DNA of 64,000 bases from an uncultured Chthonomonadaceae bacterium (GCA_963835065.1 CAWIEK010000045.1:32001-96000), one strand, 5' to 3'; positions 45,363 through 56,857 are shown, counted from the first letter of the stretch. The notes: generated by a model not told the origin, from the letters alone. Translations and numbers: made by a program.

Positions 45363-45406
45363 CTCCCCTCTCCCAGACTTTTTTGGGAGAGGGGCGGGGG
45401 TGAGGG
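45363..45406 (-). repeat. REP-like palindrome CCCTCACCCCCGCCCCTCTCCCA...TGGGAGAGGGGAG
   Basis: Intergenic hairpin of a widespread repeat type. Confidence 0.6.
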
Positions 45407-45411
45407 CTAGT

Positions 45412-47445
45412 TTATTTTGCGACGCTGCCCTGCTTCAAGAACGCTACAAACTCGCTGATGTTTTTGTTGTAGCCATCGAATCGCGCCAGAAGAGTTTTGC
45501 CATCCGGTGACACCGCCGCGTATTCAGGCAAAGCGGTCGTGTTCATCAGCTTTTGCTCTAAATTTTGATTGGCGAGATTTTCGGCATCGCCTAACCGATC
45601 CGTGTACAACTGTACACAGATATAACGCTTAAACTCTTCCTGTACAGACGGTTCAGGAAAAACGTTTCCTTCCATCAGGCGACAGTTCACGCAGCTATAG
45701 CCTGTGAAATCAATGAAAATCGGTTTCTTCTGCTCGGTTGCCAGCTTTACAGCCTCATCGAAGTTATGGAGCGGCTTTTCGGACGTGCCCACTTCCATTG
45801 CCCCGCCGCTTCCCGGAGCCGATCCACTCCCCGGCGTTGCAGACGGCTTATTGGCGGTCGGCGTGGTCTTGTAGGGGTAAGGAACCGGGGGCACGAAGGC
45901 ATCCAGATCGCCAAGCGAGCGGCCTTCAATGGCGCGGAGGCACAACACACAACCAATGAGCGTCAACACGCCTAAAATGCGCCGGACAATGCCTGCTTTC
46001 ACCTTGTCATCGTGCGGGAAGCGGAGCCAGCCGAGCAGGTAAAAGCCCGCGATTGCCGCGATTCCGGCCCAGATCGCCAGAAAGACAGGCTTGGTCAGCA
46101 GTCCCGTTCCCCACGTCAAATCCGCGCTGGAAAAGAATTTCAGGGCGGCGGCCAATTCCAAAAAGCCCATGAACGCTTTTACCGTCACCAGCCACGAGCC
46201 GGACTTGGGCAGTTTCGCAAGCGCCTGCGGAAACAAAGCCAACAGGAAAAACGGCATGGCAAAGGCCGAACTGAACGCCAGCATTCCGACGAACGGATAG
46301 AAATAGTGGCCGTGCGCCGCGTCGAGCAACACCGTTCCCACAAATGGACTGGTGCAGGTAAACGAGGTCAGGCTGAACGTGACGCCCATCAGCAGGGGCG
46401 CGATTACGCCGCCTTTTTTCTGCCCCTTTAGCGTACTGTTGAGAAGCCATGACGGCAGCAGAATCTCAAACGCGCCCATCAGATTCGCCGCCAGAATCAC
46501 AAACAGCAAGCCAAGCCCGATGTTGACCCAGGGGTTCGCCGCGAAGTTTTGAATTCCGGTTGCGCCGAACAGCACCGTCATCAGCAATCCCAGGCCCGTA
46601 AACGTCACCACGATGCCCAGGCAATACACCAACGCGCCCTGTACGCCCGATATGCCGGTATCGTCCTTGCGCTTGGTGAAAAAACTGACGGTAATCGGGA
46701 TCATGGGGAATACGCACGGGGTCAGGAGGGAGGTCAGGCCGGCGGCAATCGCCACGAACAAAAACGAGAGCAGCCCCTTCGATTGGGACGGCTCTCCGTT
46801 GCGATTTGCGGCGTTCACCGTTCGGGCAGGAGGCGCGTCGGGCGGTCCTCCTGCCAAAATCAACTTGCCCACGTCCGCGCTTACCACGCGGGGCGCTTTG
46901 CCGATATACGCGGCAGTGGGCAGTTTCATCGGGGGCTTTTTACGGTTGGCGCGAACCGCGCCTGCCGCAACGCTGAACGTAACCGGAACTTCGGTCTGTG
47001 CAGGCGGCAGGCACTGGTGTTCGTTGCAAATCTGGTACTGGATTTTCAACGCGGCCTTCTGGCTGCCCTTGCTGCCCGGCTTGACCACAACGGGAACCGC
47101 AAACGTCGCCGTGTTCTCGTATTCTTCCAGCGTCACCTTGAGCGTGGGTTCCGGGACCTTCTTAAACGCGCCCCCAACCGGCTTGCCTTCGGCAGTCAGC
47201 GCCGGGCCGGCCACGTCTAGTTTCAGCGCTGTGCCGCCGTTCGGGTCCTGCGTCAGCGAGTACATGTGATACCCGGCGGGGATTTTGGCGATTACAATGA
47301 CCTGAGCGCCCTCGCCCGCGCGGGCATCGGGCGGCGCGAACTTGGCGGTAAAGGCCACTTTCTGCGCCTGCGCCATAAAGGGCAGGGACAGTACGCTTAA
47401 CATCAGGCCGAACAAAGCAATACGTAGGGTGCGCAGTACGCTCAC
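45412..47445 (-). CDS. dsbD: protein-disulfide reductase DsbD family
   Basis: N-domain QICNEHQCLPP, TM LTPCVFPMIP and SFTCT, thioredoxin CVNC. Confidence 0.9.
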   Translation of the reverse strand: MSVLRTLRIALFGLMLSVLSLPFMAQAQKVAFTAKFAPPDARAGEGAQVIVIAKIPAGYHMYSLTQDPNGGTALKLDVAGPALTAEGKPVGGAFKKVPEPTLKVTLEEYENTATFAVPVVVKPGSKGSQKAALKIQYQICNEHQCLPPAQTEVPVTFSVAAGAVRANRKKPPMKLPTAAYIGKAPRVVSADVGKLILAGGPPDAPPARTVNAANRNGEPSQSKGLLSFLFVAIAAGLTSLLTPCVFPMIPITVSFFTKRKDDTGISGVQGALVYCLGIVVTFTGLGLLMTVLFGATGIQNFAANPWVNIGLGLLFVILAANLMGAFEILLPSWLLNSTLKGQKKGGVIAPLLMGVTFSLTSFTCTSPFVGTVLLDAAHGHYFYPFVGMLAFSSAFAMPFFLLALFPQALAKLPKSGSWLVTVKAFMGFLELAAALKFFSSADLTWGTGLLTKPVFLAIWAGIAAIAGFYLLGWLRFPHDDKVKAGIVRRILGVLTLIGCVLCLRAIEGRSLGDLDAFVPPVPYPYKTTPTANKPSATPGSGSAPGSGGAMEVGTSEKPLHNFDEAVKLATEQKKPIFIDFTGYSCVNCRLMEGNVFPEPSVQEEFKRYICVQLYTDRLGDAENLANQNLEQKLMNTTALPEYAAVSPDGKTLLARFDGYNKNISEFVAFLKQGSVAK

Positions 47446-47650
47446 GTCAATTACCTCACAGCGCGAACGAATTCCGCGCCAATACCATTTTCAAGAGAAC
47501 GAGCTTATATCCGGTTGGAAGAAAATGCAGATATACAAGCAAATTCGTCCTTTAAGCGCGAATATCCTGCTTCATTTCATTCAAGAGGTCAAAAATATTA
47601 TTCCCGTGAAGGCTTAATTCAACGGCTTCGCGGACAGGTCTGCGGCGTTT

Positions 47651-47813
47651 TTGTCTTGAACCATGATTTATGTGATTAGGATGATTACCATGATGAACGC
47701 CCCTGCTCAATCCCGCTAATCTTAAAAATCATGAAAATCACAGTTCATCCAATGCAAGGCGCCTTCTCAATCATGATAATCATAATAATCACATAAATCA
47801 TGGTTCAAGACAA
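47651..47813. repeat. small inverted-repeat element, copy C
   Basis: 28-bp perfect terminal IR ttgtcttgaaccatgatttatgtgatta. Confidence 0.8.
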
Positions 47814-47996
47814 AGTAAACGAGCAACATCATCTAGCATACGCCGATTATGCTCCGTCTGGTTCCATCAAAATCACTGTCCTGAACTCTAAACCTGAAAA
47901 ACTCCGGCAGGAATCTGCGCAGGCGAAACACTGTCAGGTATTCAGGCAGGATTTTAGAACAAAGATGCGGCAATGATGGTTCAGGAGGCGCTTTAT

Positions 47997-48734
47997 ATGG
48001 AAATTACGCCCGAAGTGGTCAACGAACCGACCCGGCAACTGGAACAAGCGGCGGCAGAACTGCGCGCCGCATTAGAAGCGACGAACCGCGCCCGCGAGGA
48101 AGCGCTGCGCCTGTCGCGGGAAGTGATACAATACGCCTCGCGGGCAATACGCGCTATTCATCGAGGCGAATCACAGGCCGCAAGCGCTTTGGTTGCGGAA
48201 GCGAGGGCACGAGTTGTCGCTGTGCGCCTGTCGCTGCAAAATCATCCTGATCTATTTTACGCGGGCTACGTCCACGATTCGCAGAAAGAGTATGTGGAAG
48301 CCGAAGCGATGCTGGCGATTGTGGGCAACTTGCCCCTGCCCCTGCCCGCTTTGCTCCTTGTGGAACCCCCGGCGTACCTGAACGGACTGGCCGAAGCCGC
48401 CAGTGAAAGCCGCCGGCATGTGCTGGACTTGCTGCGGTTAGGCAATATGGAACAGGCCGAGCGCGTTCTCAAAGTGATGGACGACATCTATTACGAACTG
48501 GTTACGTTCGACTTTCCCGACGCGATTACGGGCGGGCTGCGGCGCACAACTGATGCTTTACGCGCCGTGCTGGAACGAACGCGCGCCGACCTGACCATGA
48601 CCCAATCTCAGCGACGGCTCGAAGCCGCCCTGAACCGCGCCATTCAACACGGGCATTTATCGGCATCCCCTGCCCTTGCGGAAATTCAGGAACAGCCTGT
48701 ACCTGATTCTGATCTTCCCACCAGTGAAGACTAA
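47997..48734 (+). CDS. translin/TRAX family protein
   Basis: REEALRLSREV...AIRAIHRG, QKEYVEA, YLNGLAEAASE.RR, LRRTTD. Confidence 0.8.
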   Translation: MEITPEVVNEPTRQLEQAAAELRAALEATNRAREEALRLSREVIQYASRAIRAIHRGESQAASALVAEARARVVAVRLSLQNHPDLFYAGYVHDSQKEYVEAEAMLAIVGNLPLPLPALLLVEPPAYLNGLAEAASESRRHVLDLLRLGNMEQAERVLKVMDDIYYELVTFDFPDAITGGLRRTTDALRAVLERTRADLTMTQSQRRLEAALNRAIQHGHLSASPALAEIQEQPVPDSDLPTSED

Positions 48735-49051
48735 TCTAATTGATTATGCCATTTTCATCCATCCTAAAGGCGTAAATCTACGCCTTTCAAGAACTTTCGG
48801 GAACATTGGGAACATTCTATATCACGTTACCGTCAATGTGAGTGTGATCTCCTTTCTGTATCAATGATGGCAAAACCGCTGTCGCCACCAGCTTGCTGGT
48901 GAATTGCGCTGACAGCGGTTCTTTTTGTCTGCCACAATTTCAAATTCCATGTTATAGTAGTATCAGGCTGTTGTCACTTTCTTCCTGTCAACCGTTTCCA
49001 GTGGGAACAAGAATTGTCAGGGCAAGCGTAAGGTAGACAACAAGTTCAGCA

Positions 49052-49975
49052 ATGACGCTGCTTTCGCTGTTTGTTGTGGAGAACATTGGCGTGTCCGGCA
49101 ATCAAACACAATTCGCTTCCGCAATGTTGGCAATTCCGTCCGCGCAGCCTCAATCTTCCGATGAGACGAACAGACGGGCGGCGTTCGTCCAGACTGCCCC
49201 GACTCAAATCTCCTCTCGCGTTGAGAATTTGGAGACTTATACCGCTTCCGAGCGGGAAAACGCTGCCCCTTCCCCTGTCACAACCGGCGTTTTGAGCGTC
49301 CTCATGCCGATTTATAATGAGCGCGCTACGCTGCCGGGATTGCTGGCGCGAATTCAGGCCGTTCCTGTCGCCAAAGAAATCATTCTGGTGGATGACGGCA
49401 GCACGGACGGTACGCGCGAACTGCTGCAATCGGAATTAGCAGGCGCGTACCCGAATATGCGCGTGTTTTACCACGATCATAATCAAGGCAAGGGCGCGGC
49501 CATCCGCACCGCCATACCCTATGCTATGGGCGACTACTGCATCATTCAGGACGGCGATCTGGAGTACGATCCCGAAGATTACGCGACCATCCTCCACGCT
49601 TTTGAAACATCGGGCGCGAGCGTGGTATACGGTTCTCGTTTTCTGCATGGCTGGCCGCCCATGCGCCTGCCCAACCGCCTTGTCAACAAACTGCTGGCGT
49701 GGATGGTGCGCTTCTTCTTTGCCATGCCCATGACCGACGAGGCCACCTGCTACAAAGCCTTCCACACAAACGTGCTGCAATCGCTTCCCCTGACCTGCCG
49801 CCGCTTCGAGTTCTGCCCCGAAGTAACCGCCAAAGCGATACGAAGGGGACATCGCATTGTGGAAGTCCCCATCCGGTATGAAGCCCGCAGCATGGACGAA
49901 GGCAAGAAAATCCGGTGGACAGACGGAGTCGCCGCCATCTGGACCCTGCTCAAGTTCCGGTTTGCCCGCTTTTAA
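49052..49975 (+). CDS. GT2 glycosyltransferase (DPM1-like)
   Basis: MPIYNE, VDDGSTDGT, NQGKGAA, QDGDLEYDP; start uncertain. Confidence 0.92.
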   Translation: MTLLSLFVVENIGVSGNQTQFASAMLAIPSAQPQSSDETNRRAAFVQTAPTQISSRVENLETYTASERENAAPSPVTTGVLSVLMPIYNERATLPGLLARIQAVPVAKEIILVDDGSTDGTRELLQSELAGAYPNMRVFYHDHNQGKGAAIRTAIPYAMGDYCIIQDGDLEYDPEDYATILHAFETSGASVVYGSRFLHGWPPMRLPNRLVNKLLAWMVRFFFAMPMTDEATCYKAFHTNVLQSLPLTCRRFEFCPEVTAKAIRRGHRIVEVPIRYEARSMDEGKKIRWTDGVAAIWTLLKFRFARF

Positions 49976-50070
49976 GCAGTTGATAGTTGATAGTATATAG
50001 TTGATAGGAGTATAGGAACTACACACATTCCATAACCAACCGCTTAATCAAATTTCAATCACAAGCAGCC

Positions 50071-50379
50071 TTAACGCCCGCCGCTTGACGGATACCCGCC
50101 CGAACCGCCGCCCGAACGCGGATAGCCGCCCGAACCACCAGAACCGCCGGATTGAGGGTACCCGCCGGAACCGCCGTAGCCGCGAGACACGTTTCCCCCG
50201 GTCGTGGTGGGGGGCGGGCTATTGGGAACGTTATGTTCGGTAAAACGCTTCTGCATATCGGCTGCCGATGTGGTTGCCCCATGCTGCGGCCCCAGGATTT
50301 TGTAACCCACAAAACCAAGCGCGACCACCAAGACAATGATAATGGCGATGATAGCGCCTACTGGTATGCTCTGCTTCAT
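50071..50379 (-). CDS. small membrane-anchored Gly-rich protein
   Basis: N-terminal TM; SGGYP repeats; overlaps upstream stop (ATGA). Confidence 0.7.
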   Translation of the reverse strand: MKQSIPVGAIIAIIIVLVVALGFVGYKILGPQHGATTSAADMQKRFTEHNVPNSPPPTTTGGNVSRGYGGSGGYPQSGGSGGSGGYPRSGGGSGGYPSSGGR

Positions 50380-52238
50380 TGTTTATTAGCCTCGATGAAT
50401 GATGCGCGAGGGTCTTCGCGGATGTCGCGCCCCTCGGTGATGAGATACTGCCGGTCTGCTTTAAGCCCCTGCGCCCGATCCACGACGCCGCTCGGCCAGC
50501 GTACTTCCACAGATTCCGCCTGTTCCTGCAACCCAAGCCCAAACGTCGGTTGCCGCTGGGATTCGGACAGGAAACTGCCGCCACTGTGGACATACTGCGA
50601 CTGCGTAACGCCCGCATTGGTCACGCGAATCAAGGCGCCGATGCCATCCCGGTTAGAGCGAACGCCTTCCGTTCGGAAACGAATCCAATGATTGTGGTTC
50701 CTCCTTTCGTTGCGGAACAGGCGAAACTTGCCGCCATTGTCCACCAGGGCGATGTCCAGATCGCCGTCATTGTCCATGTCGCCATACGCCGCGCCCCGGC
50801 CCACCACTTTGTCCGTCAGGCCCGCCACTTCCCCGGCCTCCTGAAACTTGCCGTTGCGCAGATTATGAAACAGCAGCGGGCGCTCCTTGAACGTCAGCAT
50901 GGATTCGTAGGTGCTGATAATGTCGTCCACATGCCCGTTGGCTGTAAACACATCCTGCCAGCCATCCAGGTCATAATCAAAGAAGAACAGGCCGAATGTC
51001 AGATACGCCAGGCTCGGCGCGGCGATCCCGGTCGTGTGCGCGTTGTCTGTAAACAGGGGCGTCTCGCCCGTATGGGCGTCCGTTTCCAGCAGGGACAGGC
51101 TTTCGTTGGAGAAATTACCGATGAGCAGAGCAAACTGACCGTTGTTGCGCCAGTCCGCCGTATCTATGCCCATGCCCGCTTTGAAATGCCCGTTTTCCCC
51201 GGTGGCAATGCCGCTCATCGCGCCCTGCTCGACAAATCGCTTGCCTTTGTCGTTGATGAATAAATAGTTGGCCCAGGTGTCGTTGGTGACGACCAAATCC
51301 GGCCATCCATCCCCATTATAATCCGCCACCACAACTCCGAACGACTTGCCAAGCGTACCGCTACGTATGCCCATTTCCTGACTTACATCGCGGAATCGCC
51401 CGCCGCCCTCGTTGTGGTACAGCGTACAGTAGCTGCCTTCAAAGGTTCCGGGCGGGCAGTATCCGCGCAGGCCGTTGTGCCCGCACCAGGGGTTGAGTTT
51501 CGGCGACCACTTCACATACTGCGTAACGAACAGGTCGAGTTTGCCGTCTTTGTCATAATCCAGCCACGCCGCGCTTGCGCTCCACTTCCATTTCAGTTCC
51601 ATACCCGGCATCGGAACGCCGACAACGCCGGCTTTGGCGGTGACATCCTGAAAAATCGGACCTTTGCGGTTCGGATCGCCCAATGTATTGCGCAAAAGGT
51701 GGTTCGGGCCGATAGCGGTAAGATAAATATCCTCGTAGCCGTCGTTGTCGAAATCGCCGACGGCAACGCCCATGCCATAGATTTCAATGTCCAGGCCCGC
51801 TTCTTTGGTAACGTCCGTAAAGGTTCCGTTGCGGTTGTTATGGTACAGATGAGGCGTACTGCGCGGCCCTTTGTCGCCCGGCCAGTTAGCGCTGTTGACG
51901 ATGAGAATGTCCTGCCAGCCGTCGTTGTCGTAATCCAGAAACGCCACGCCCGACCCGACCGTTTCCGGCATGTTCTTATGCCCTTTGGCTCCATTGTTGT
52001 GCGTAAAGTCAATACCGGCCTGCCGGGAAACTTCCACAAAGGTGACGCTCGCGTCCTGCGGCGCAACGGACGGCGTTGCCGGTTTTGCCACTGCACTATG
52101 CCGCGTCCCGCACCCGCACAATATCGGCAGTATCGCCAGCAACAACGTCGTGACCAGAAGCGCGCGGCCTCCGCATCCCGAAGGCTTTGCCCAATTTCCT
52201 CTGGCTCCGCCATCAAACTTGTCAATCAAAATTGTCAT
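50376..52238 (-). CDS. CRTAC1-like FG-GAP repeat / ASPIC-UnbV protein
   Basis: DYDNDGWQD-type repeats; NRDGIGA...FGLG...VRWPSG; start uncertain. Confidence 0.9.
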   Translation of the reverse strand: MTILIDKFDGGARGNWAKPSGCGGRALLVTTLLLAILPILCGCGTRHSAVAKPATPSVAPQDASVTFVEVSRQAGIDFTHNNGAKGHKNMPETVGSGVAFLDYDNDGWQDILIVNSANWPGDKGPRSTPHLYHNNRNGTFTDVTKEAGLDIEIYGMGVAVGDFDNDGYEDIYLTAIGPNHLLRNTLGDPNRKGPIFQDVTAKAGVVGVPMPGMELKWKWSASAAWLDYDKDGKLDLFVTQYVKWSPKLNPWCGHNGLRGYCPPGTFEGSYCTLYHNEGGGRFRDVSQEMGIRSGTLGKSFGVVVADYNGDGWPDLVVTNDTWANYLFINDKGKRFVEQGAMSGIATGENGHFKAGMGIDTADWRNNGQFALLIGNFSNESLSLLETDAHTGETPLFTDNAHTTGIAAPSLAYLTFGLFFFDYDLDGWQDVFTANGHVDDIISTYESMLTFKERPLLFHNLRNGKFQEAGEVAGLTDKVVGRGAAYGDMDNDGDLDIALVDNGGKFRLFRNERRNHNHWIRFRTEGVRSNRDGIGALIRVTNAGVTQSQYVHSGGSFLSESQRQPTFGLGLQEQAESVEVRWPSGVVDRAQGLKADRQYLITEGRDIREDPRASFIEANKQ

Positions 52239-52355
52239 AATCAACGGTACTGTACTGCGCTCCCAACAGGGCATTGCCCACCAATCCTCCATACGCAAGA
52301 CACGCTTGCGCATAAATTGCCGCATTGTCCGAACACCGAACACCTGAATACCTGT

Positions 52356-54338
52356 TCAGTTGGAACCCGACGCCTTATTGCCGCCATTTCCGAGCATGGT
52401 TTGCAGGCGCTGCACCTTAGCTTCCAGCGCGGCATCATGCGGACGCAGGGACTGCGCCAGGCGGTAATACGCAACGGCAGTGGAATAATCGCCTGACTGC
52501 TCCAGAAATTGCGCCACAGCCAGCTGCGCTTCCGGGTCTTTGCGCGCCGCTCTGGAGCGCGTGAGCAGGGTCTGCCGTTTCAGGTCATAATCCACATATT
52601 TACGGTACAGGGCAAACATTTGTTCACTGCCCGCCGTGTCGCCCAAATGCGCGTACACCCGGCCCAATTCCTGATAGGTCGCGCCATCGCCGGGTAGCAG
52701 GTCGAGGGCATGTTCCAGATTACGCGCCGCCCGCGTCCAATCGCCTTTCGCGCCGTACGCCACGCCCAGCTGCTGGTAGGCGACAACCTCGTTGGGCGTC
52801 AGGCGGCTGAGTTGATTGTACTCTTCAATGGCCCTGTCGAGCCGGTCGCCTTCGCCCCGGCGTTCCAAATACACCTTGCCCAGTTCCTGATGATATAGCG
52901 GATTGTCCGGGGCCAGGCGAACACACTGCTGAAGTTCGGCTTCGGCGCTGTCGCGCCGTCCCTGCTGCAGCGCAACCTGCGCCAGTTGAAAATGTACCTG
53001 TGTGGGATCGGCAGGATGTTTGTTCAGCGCGCTTTGCAGCATTTTCTGCTGATCACCCAGACGATCCGCATAGCCATACGCGGCTGCCATCGTCAGTTCG
53101 GCATCCGCCGTATGCGCCGAAGTCAACTGCTTCATCACGGCCAGGTAATCGTTTACCCGGTTCATGTCCCGATAAATCGCCGCTTGCAAGGTCAGGCCGC
53201 GATTATGCCAGCCGGCCTGCGCGCTCACCTGCTGCGCCAGTGTCAGGGCTGTCGCGTAGTTTTTGGTCAGGCGCGCTTGTACGCCGCGCCAGTAGGCTGT
53301 CTCGATTTTCAATCCGGCCTGTTCGCAAGCGCGCGCGGCCAGGCCAACCACGATGGGGTCGGAGCTTTGCAGCAGAGCCAGTTTTTGCAGCACAAAAGCC
53401 TCGCGCGCGTAATCCTTTCGTTCGGCATACAGCTTGACCAACTGCTGATAGGCGTCAGGGGTGTTCGGATTGCAGGCGACGGCTGCGCGCCATTGGGCTT
53501 CCGCTTCCGCCTTGCGTCCGTTTTGGGAAAGCGCCAGGCCATATTGGTACAGCAGGGCGGCTTCCTTTGGAGCCAGGCGAACGGCGGTTGCCAGCAATCC
53601 AAGCGCCTGCTGTGGATTGTGACGCGCCAGAAGCAGTTTGCCGGCAATGGAGTAGCCATCAGGCTGGTCGGGAGCCAGGCGAATCAGGTTTTGCGCCATG
53701 CGCAGGGCAGTGTCTTCATCGCCTGCCTGCAGGCAGTAGAACATCAGCCGTTCCGCCTGATCCCGAATCGCCGGCCCGCTGTCCGTCAGCAGGGCCGGGT
53801 GGCGCGCGGCAAACGCGCGCAAAGCATTGGCCGCCGCGTCCGTATTGCCGTCCGCCTGCTCCAATTGCGCCAGCGTTGCCGCCGCTTCCAGGTTATCCGG
53901 CTCCAGGCGTACTGCCGTTTGCAGCTCTTTGCGCGCCTCGTTGTAATGGGCCAGATAGGTCAGCGAGCGTCCCATGAGAAGCGCGGTGTCCTGGTCTTTG
54001 GCTCCCAGGGCGCGGGCAATGGTCAGCTGCCGAATGGCGTCGGTGTAGTAATCGGTGTCCACGTCCAATCTGCCCAGTTGCAGATACGCCGCAACATCGG
54101 ACGGGTCGGATTGAATCCGCTCGGAATAATAGCGCATAGCGGCGCGCGTCCCTTGCGACGCGGGAGGAGGCGGCTTCCTGAAAAAATAGCGACGGCTGAG
54201 GGGCAGCAACAGGAGCAGCGCAAGCAGCAGGCCAAGCAAAGCTAGAAAACGCGCGCGTAGTGGCCGGCGGTTGTGCTGCGGCTTATCCGCATCCTGTATT
54301 TTGGGGGAAGACATAGGTGGGGTGGAAACGCGCTTCAT
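52356..54338 (-). CDS. tetratricopeptide repeat protein
   Basis: Multiple TPR motifs; N-terminal TM; start uncertain. Confidence 0.85.
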   Translation of the reverse strand: MKRVSTPPMSSPKIQDADKPQHNRRPLRARFLALLGLLLALLLLLPLSRRYFFRKPPPPASQGTRAAMRYYSERIQSDPSDVAAYLQLGRLDVDTDYYTDAIRQLTIARALGAKDQDTALLMGRSLTYLAHYNEARKELQTAVRLEPDNLEAAATLAQLEQADGNTDAAANALRAFAARHPALLTDSGPAIRDQAERLMFYCLQAGDEDTALRMAQNLIRLAPDQPDGYSIAGKLLLARHNPQQALGLLATAVRLAPKEAALLYQYGLALSQNGRKAEAEAQWRAAVACNPNTPDAYQQLVKLYAERKDYAREAFVLQKLALLQSSDPIVVGLAARACEQAGLKIETAYWRGVQARLTKNYATALTLAQQVSAQAGWHNRGLTLQAAIYRDMNRVNDYLAVMKQLTSAHTADAELTMAAAYGYADRLGDQQKMLQSALNKHPADPTQVHFQLAQVALQQGRRDSAEAELQQCVRLAPDNPLYHQELGKVYLERRGEGDRLDRAIEEYNQLSRLTPNEVVAYQQLGVAYGAKGDWTRAARNLEHALDLLPGDGATYQELGRVYAHLGDTAGSEQMFALYRKYVDYDLKRQTLLTRSRAARKDPEAQLAVAQFLEQSGDYSTAVAYYRLAQSLRPHDAALEAKVQRLQTMLGNGGNKASGSN

Positions 54339-54568
54339 TACGACGGACTTAGCCCTGAGCAACGCCAGGCAAGCGAAGTAAATATCAACAAACCTTTTCA
54401 TAAGTTCTTGAGGCGGCAAGTAAACTTATATAACAGGTCTAACCGACGCAAAAGGCGCGTTATGCGCCCGCCACAAGAAAGCGGCAGGCGCATGACAAGC
54501 TGCTTTATTCCAGCGATTATGATAAACGATTTACGCAATCGAAAATCGCAGGAGTAACATCTGTCGGC

Positions 54569-55402
54569 TTAGTTCCAGCCTCCGACACTGGCGCCGCGTA
54601 CGCCTTCCTCGCCGAAAATATCTTTCGGGCCGTTCCAATCGGCTTTGTGGGCGTGACTTAGCCAGTACTGACTCAGATGGATGGCTTTGGCATGGCCGTC
54701 GTGGAAAGCCACGTTGCACAGGCCCTGATGGCGCGCAACCGCCAGCCGGTAGGCGTCATGATTTTGCGCCTCATGCCAGTTGGCGCGGTCTTCGTTAAAG
54801 AAGTAGGCGCCGACCGCAATGGACTGATAATCGGTTTTGTAGCCATCGGGGTGTAAATCGTAGGCGGCGTAGCCAGCAGCGCGCCCGGTCCAGCTATCCC
54901 CGGTGGCCGAGGTGTAGGCCGTGCCCGCATCCGCGAACTGCACATGGTTGGCCGGTTCCTGAACGGCAGCCAGTTTCACCGTATCCGCATCCCAACTCGA
55001 CATCAGATCGTTGGCGGCATACGCGCCCAGGTCGCGATGGTTTTCCAGATCGTTGGTCCAGTCCGGGCCGTTGTCGGTGGCGTCCGGGCAGACCGTGACC
55101 TGATAGTTTTTAATGTACGGCTGCATGAAAAACGGCCAGTAGCGCCGCCAGTCGCGCACCTGCCCATTGGTGGACCCGACATCGGCATCCGTAGTGCTGA
55201 CATGCTCGTTCATCACGCGCTCATCGTAGTCCTGCGTGTACATTTGCGCGCCGGTGCCGATTTGTTTCAGGTTAGAGATACAGGAAATGGCGCGGGCTTT
55301 GGCGCGCGCCTGCGCAAAGACCGGGAACAGAATCGCGGCAAGAATTGCGATAATGGCAATGACAACCAACAATTCGATCAGAGTAAACGCCTTACGCTTC
55401 AT
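54569..55402 (-). CDS. DUF1559 prepilin-type / H-X9-DG protein
   Basis: [30 protein letters not shown]. Confidence 0.92.
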   Translation of the reverse strand: MKRKAFTLIELLVVIAIIAILAAILFPVFAQARAKARAISCISNLKQIGTGAQMYTQDYDERVMNEHVSTTDADVGSTNGQVRDWRRYWPFFMQPYIKNYQVTVCPDATDNGPDWTNDLENHRDLGAYAANDLMSSWDADTVKLAAVQEPANHVQFADAGTAYTSATGDSWTGRAAGYAAYDLHPDGYKTDYQSIAVGAYFFNEDRANWHEAQNHDAYRLAVARHQGLCNVAFHDGHAKAIHLSQYWLSHAHKADWNGPKDIFGEEGVRGASVGGWN

Positions 55403-55864
55403 TGGTTAAGCTCCTCCTCATGTTCCTCTCAGATCGGGAACATTTTTGTCACCGTCTTGTAGTCGCAAGCATCTGCTTGCAAAATTAGTGCGGTATGTGT
55501 CACAACAGACTTCACTTCTGTAGCGATATAATGATTATAGGGTCTATGGAATAATTTGTCAATAGGTATACAGTCGCAGAAGTTAGTTTGCCCTGATTTT
55601 CTTCACAAAATTTCGGCAAATAGCGAGGATTGGGAAGCCACATGCCTGAATTGGAAGCAGAGCCATTTACCGTTTGACGCCAACAACTGGACAGTTGTTC
55701 TGCCCCAAGTTCGGAATACGTCCTTGCCTTCGGGTACACTTTTCTTAATGAGTCAATGTTTACCCTCCAGAATACATAGAATCAACTTTCAAGCGTCAAA
55801 CCTGTTGCCCTCACAGAGCGTGTTGCCGCCATCACTCCTGCGCGGTTCTGTAGAGCAGAGGCGT

Positions 55865-56800
55865 ATGGTGTCCCTCATCCTGTTATGTTTGTTCGGCAGC
55901 TTGCTTTCTCCTCCTGTTCCTGCGCAATCCGTACACTTGCGGGCGGTTGGCGACATCATGCTGGCGCGGGATGTAGGACAGTGCATGGCGCGGAAGGGAC
56001 GCGGCTATCCGTTTGCGGCGATACGCCCCTTGCTTCAAGGCGCGGATATTACGTTCGGGAATCTGGAGTGCTGCGTTTCCACGCGGGGCAAGCCGATCCC
56101 CAAGCAGTTCAACTTCCGCGCTGATCCCGGCGTGACCAAGGTACTGGCGGAGAACGGCTTTCGGATTGTGTCGCTTGCCAACAACCATGCGTGGGATTAT
56201 GGACGCGACGCCCTGCTTGACACGGTTGCCAATGTCCGCAAAACGGGTGTCCAAACCGTAGGCGCAGGCGCGAATCGAATGGAAGCGCACCAACTGGTGA
56301 TTGTGCAAAGCAAAGGCTTGCGCATCGGGTTTCTGGCGTATTTAGGCTTGATTCCCGCTCTGGTTGCCGAATCCGACACGCAGCCCTCATTAAGCATGGC
56401 GAGCGTGGAAGCGATCACGCGGGAAGTGCAGGCGGCGCGAAGCCAGGTAGACGTGCTGCTCGTATCGCTCCATGCGGGACAAGAGGGCGCCGCCGGTCCC
56501 ACGCCGCGCCAAAAGCGTTTTGCGCAGACGGCCATTGACGCGGGCGCGGACATGGTAATCGGGCATCATCCGCATGTCCGGCAACCGCTTGTTATGTACA
56601 AAGGCAAGCCCATCTGCTACAGCCTGGGCAACTTCGTGTTCTCCACAGCAGGCCGGGGCAGCGGCGCGATGCTGGAAGCGACATTGGAGCGCGGCCACCA
56701 AGTTCACGCGCATTTGATCCCCCTCGTTCTGAACGGCGCGCAGCCCTGTCTCCCCCACTCCTCCTCATATCCCAGGCGTCAACGCCGGAGAAAGCGATGA
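55865..56800 (+). CDS. CapA family metallophosphatase-like protein
   Basis: VGDIM, GNLE, SLANNHAWDYG, GHHPHV, YSLGNFVF. Confidence 0.9.
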   Translation: MVSLILLCLFGSLLSPPVPAQSVHLRAVGDIMLARDVGQCMARKGRGYPFAAIRPLLQGADITFGNLECCVSTRGKPIPKQFNFRADPGVTKVLAENGFRIVSLANNHAWDYGRDALLDTVANVRKTGVQTVGAGANRMEAHQLVIVQSKGLRIGFLAYLGLIPALVAESDTQPSLSMASVEAITREVQAARSQVDVLLVSLHAGQEGAAGPTPRQKRFAQTAIDAGADMVIGHHPHVRQPLVMYKGKPICYSLGNFVFSTAGRGSGAMLEATLERGHQVHAHLIPLVLNGAQPCLPHSSSYPRRQRRRKR

Positions 56801-56857
56801 ATATTCGGCCTTTCTTCGCTTGCTGCCTGTGCAATGGTGACGGTTTTGAAAAGAACC

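Noticed and set aside
48872..48927. Riboswitch upstream of the GT2 gene
   Set aside because: A hairpin with T tract is present but no recognisable aptamer; most likely a terminator
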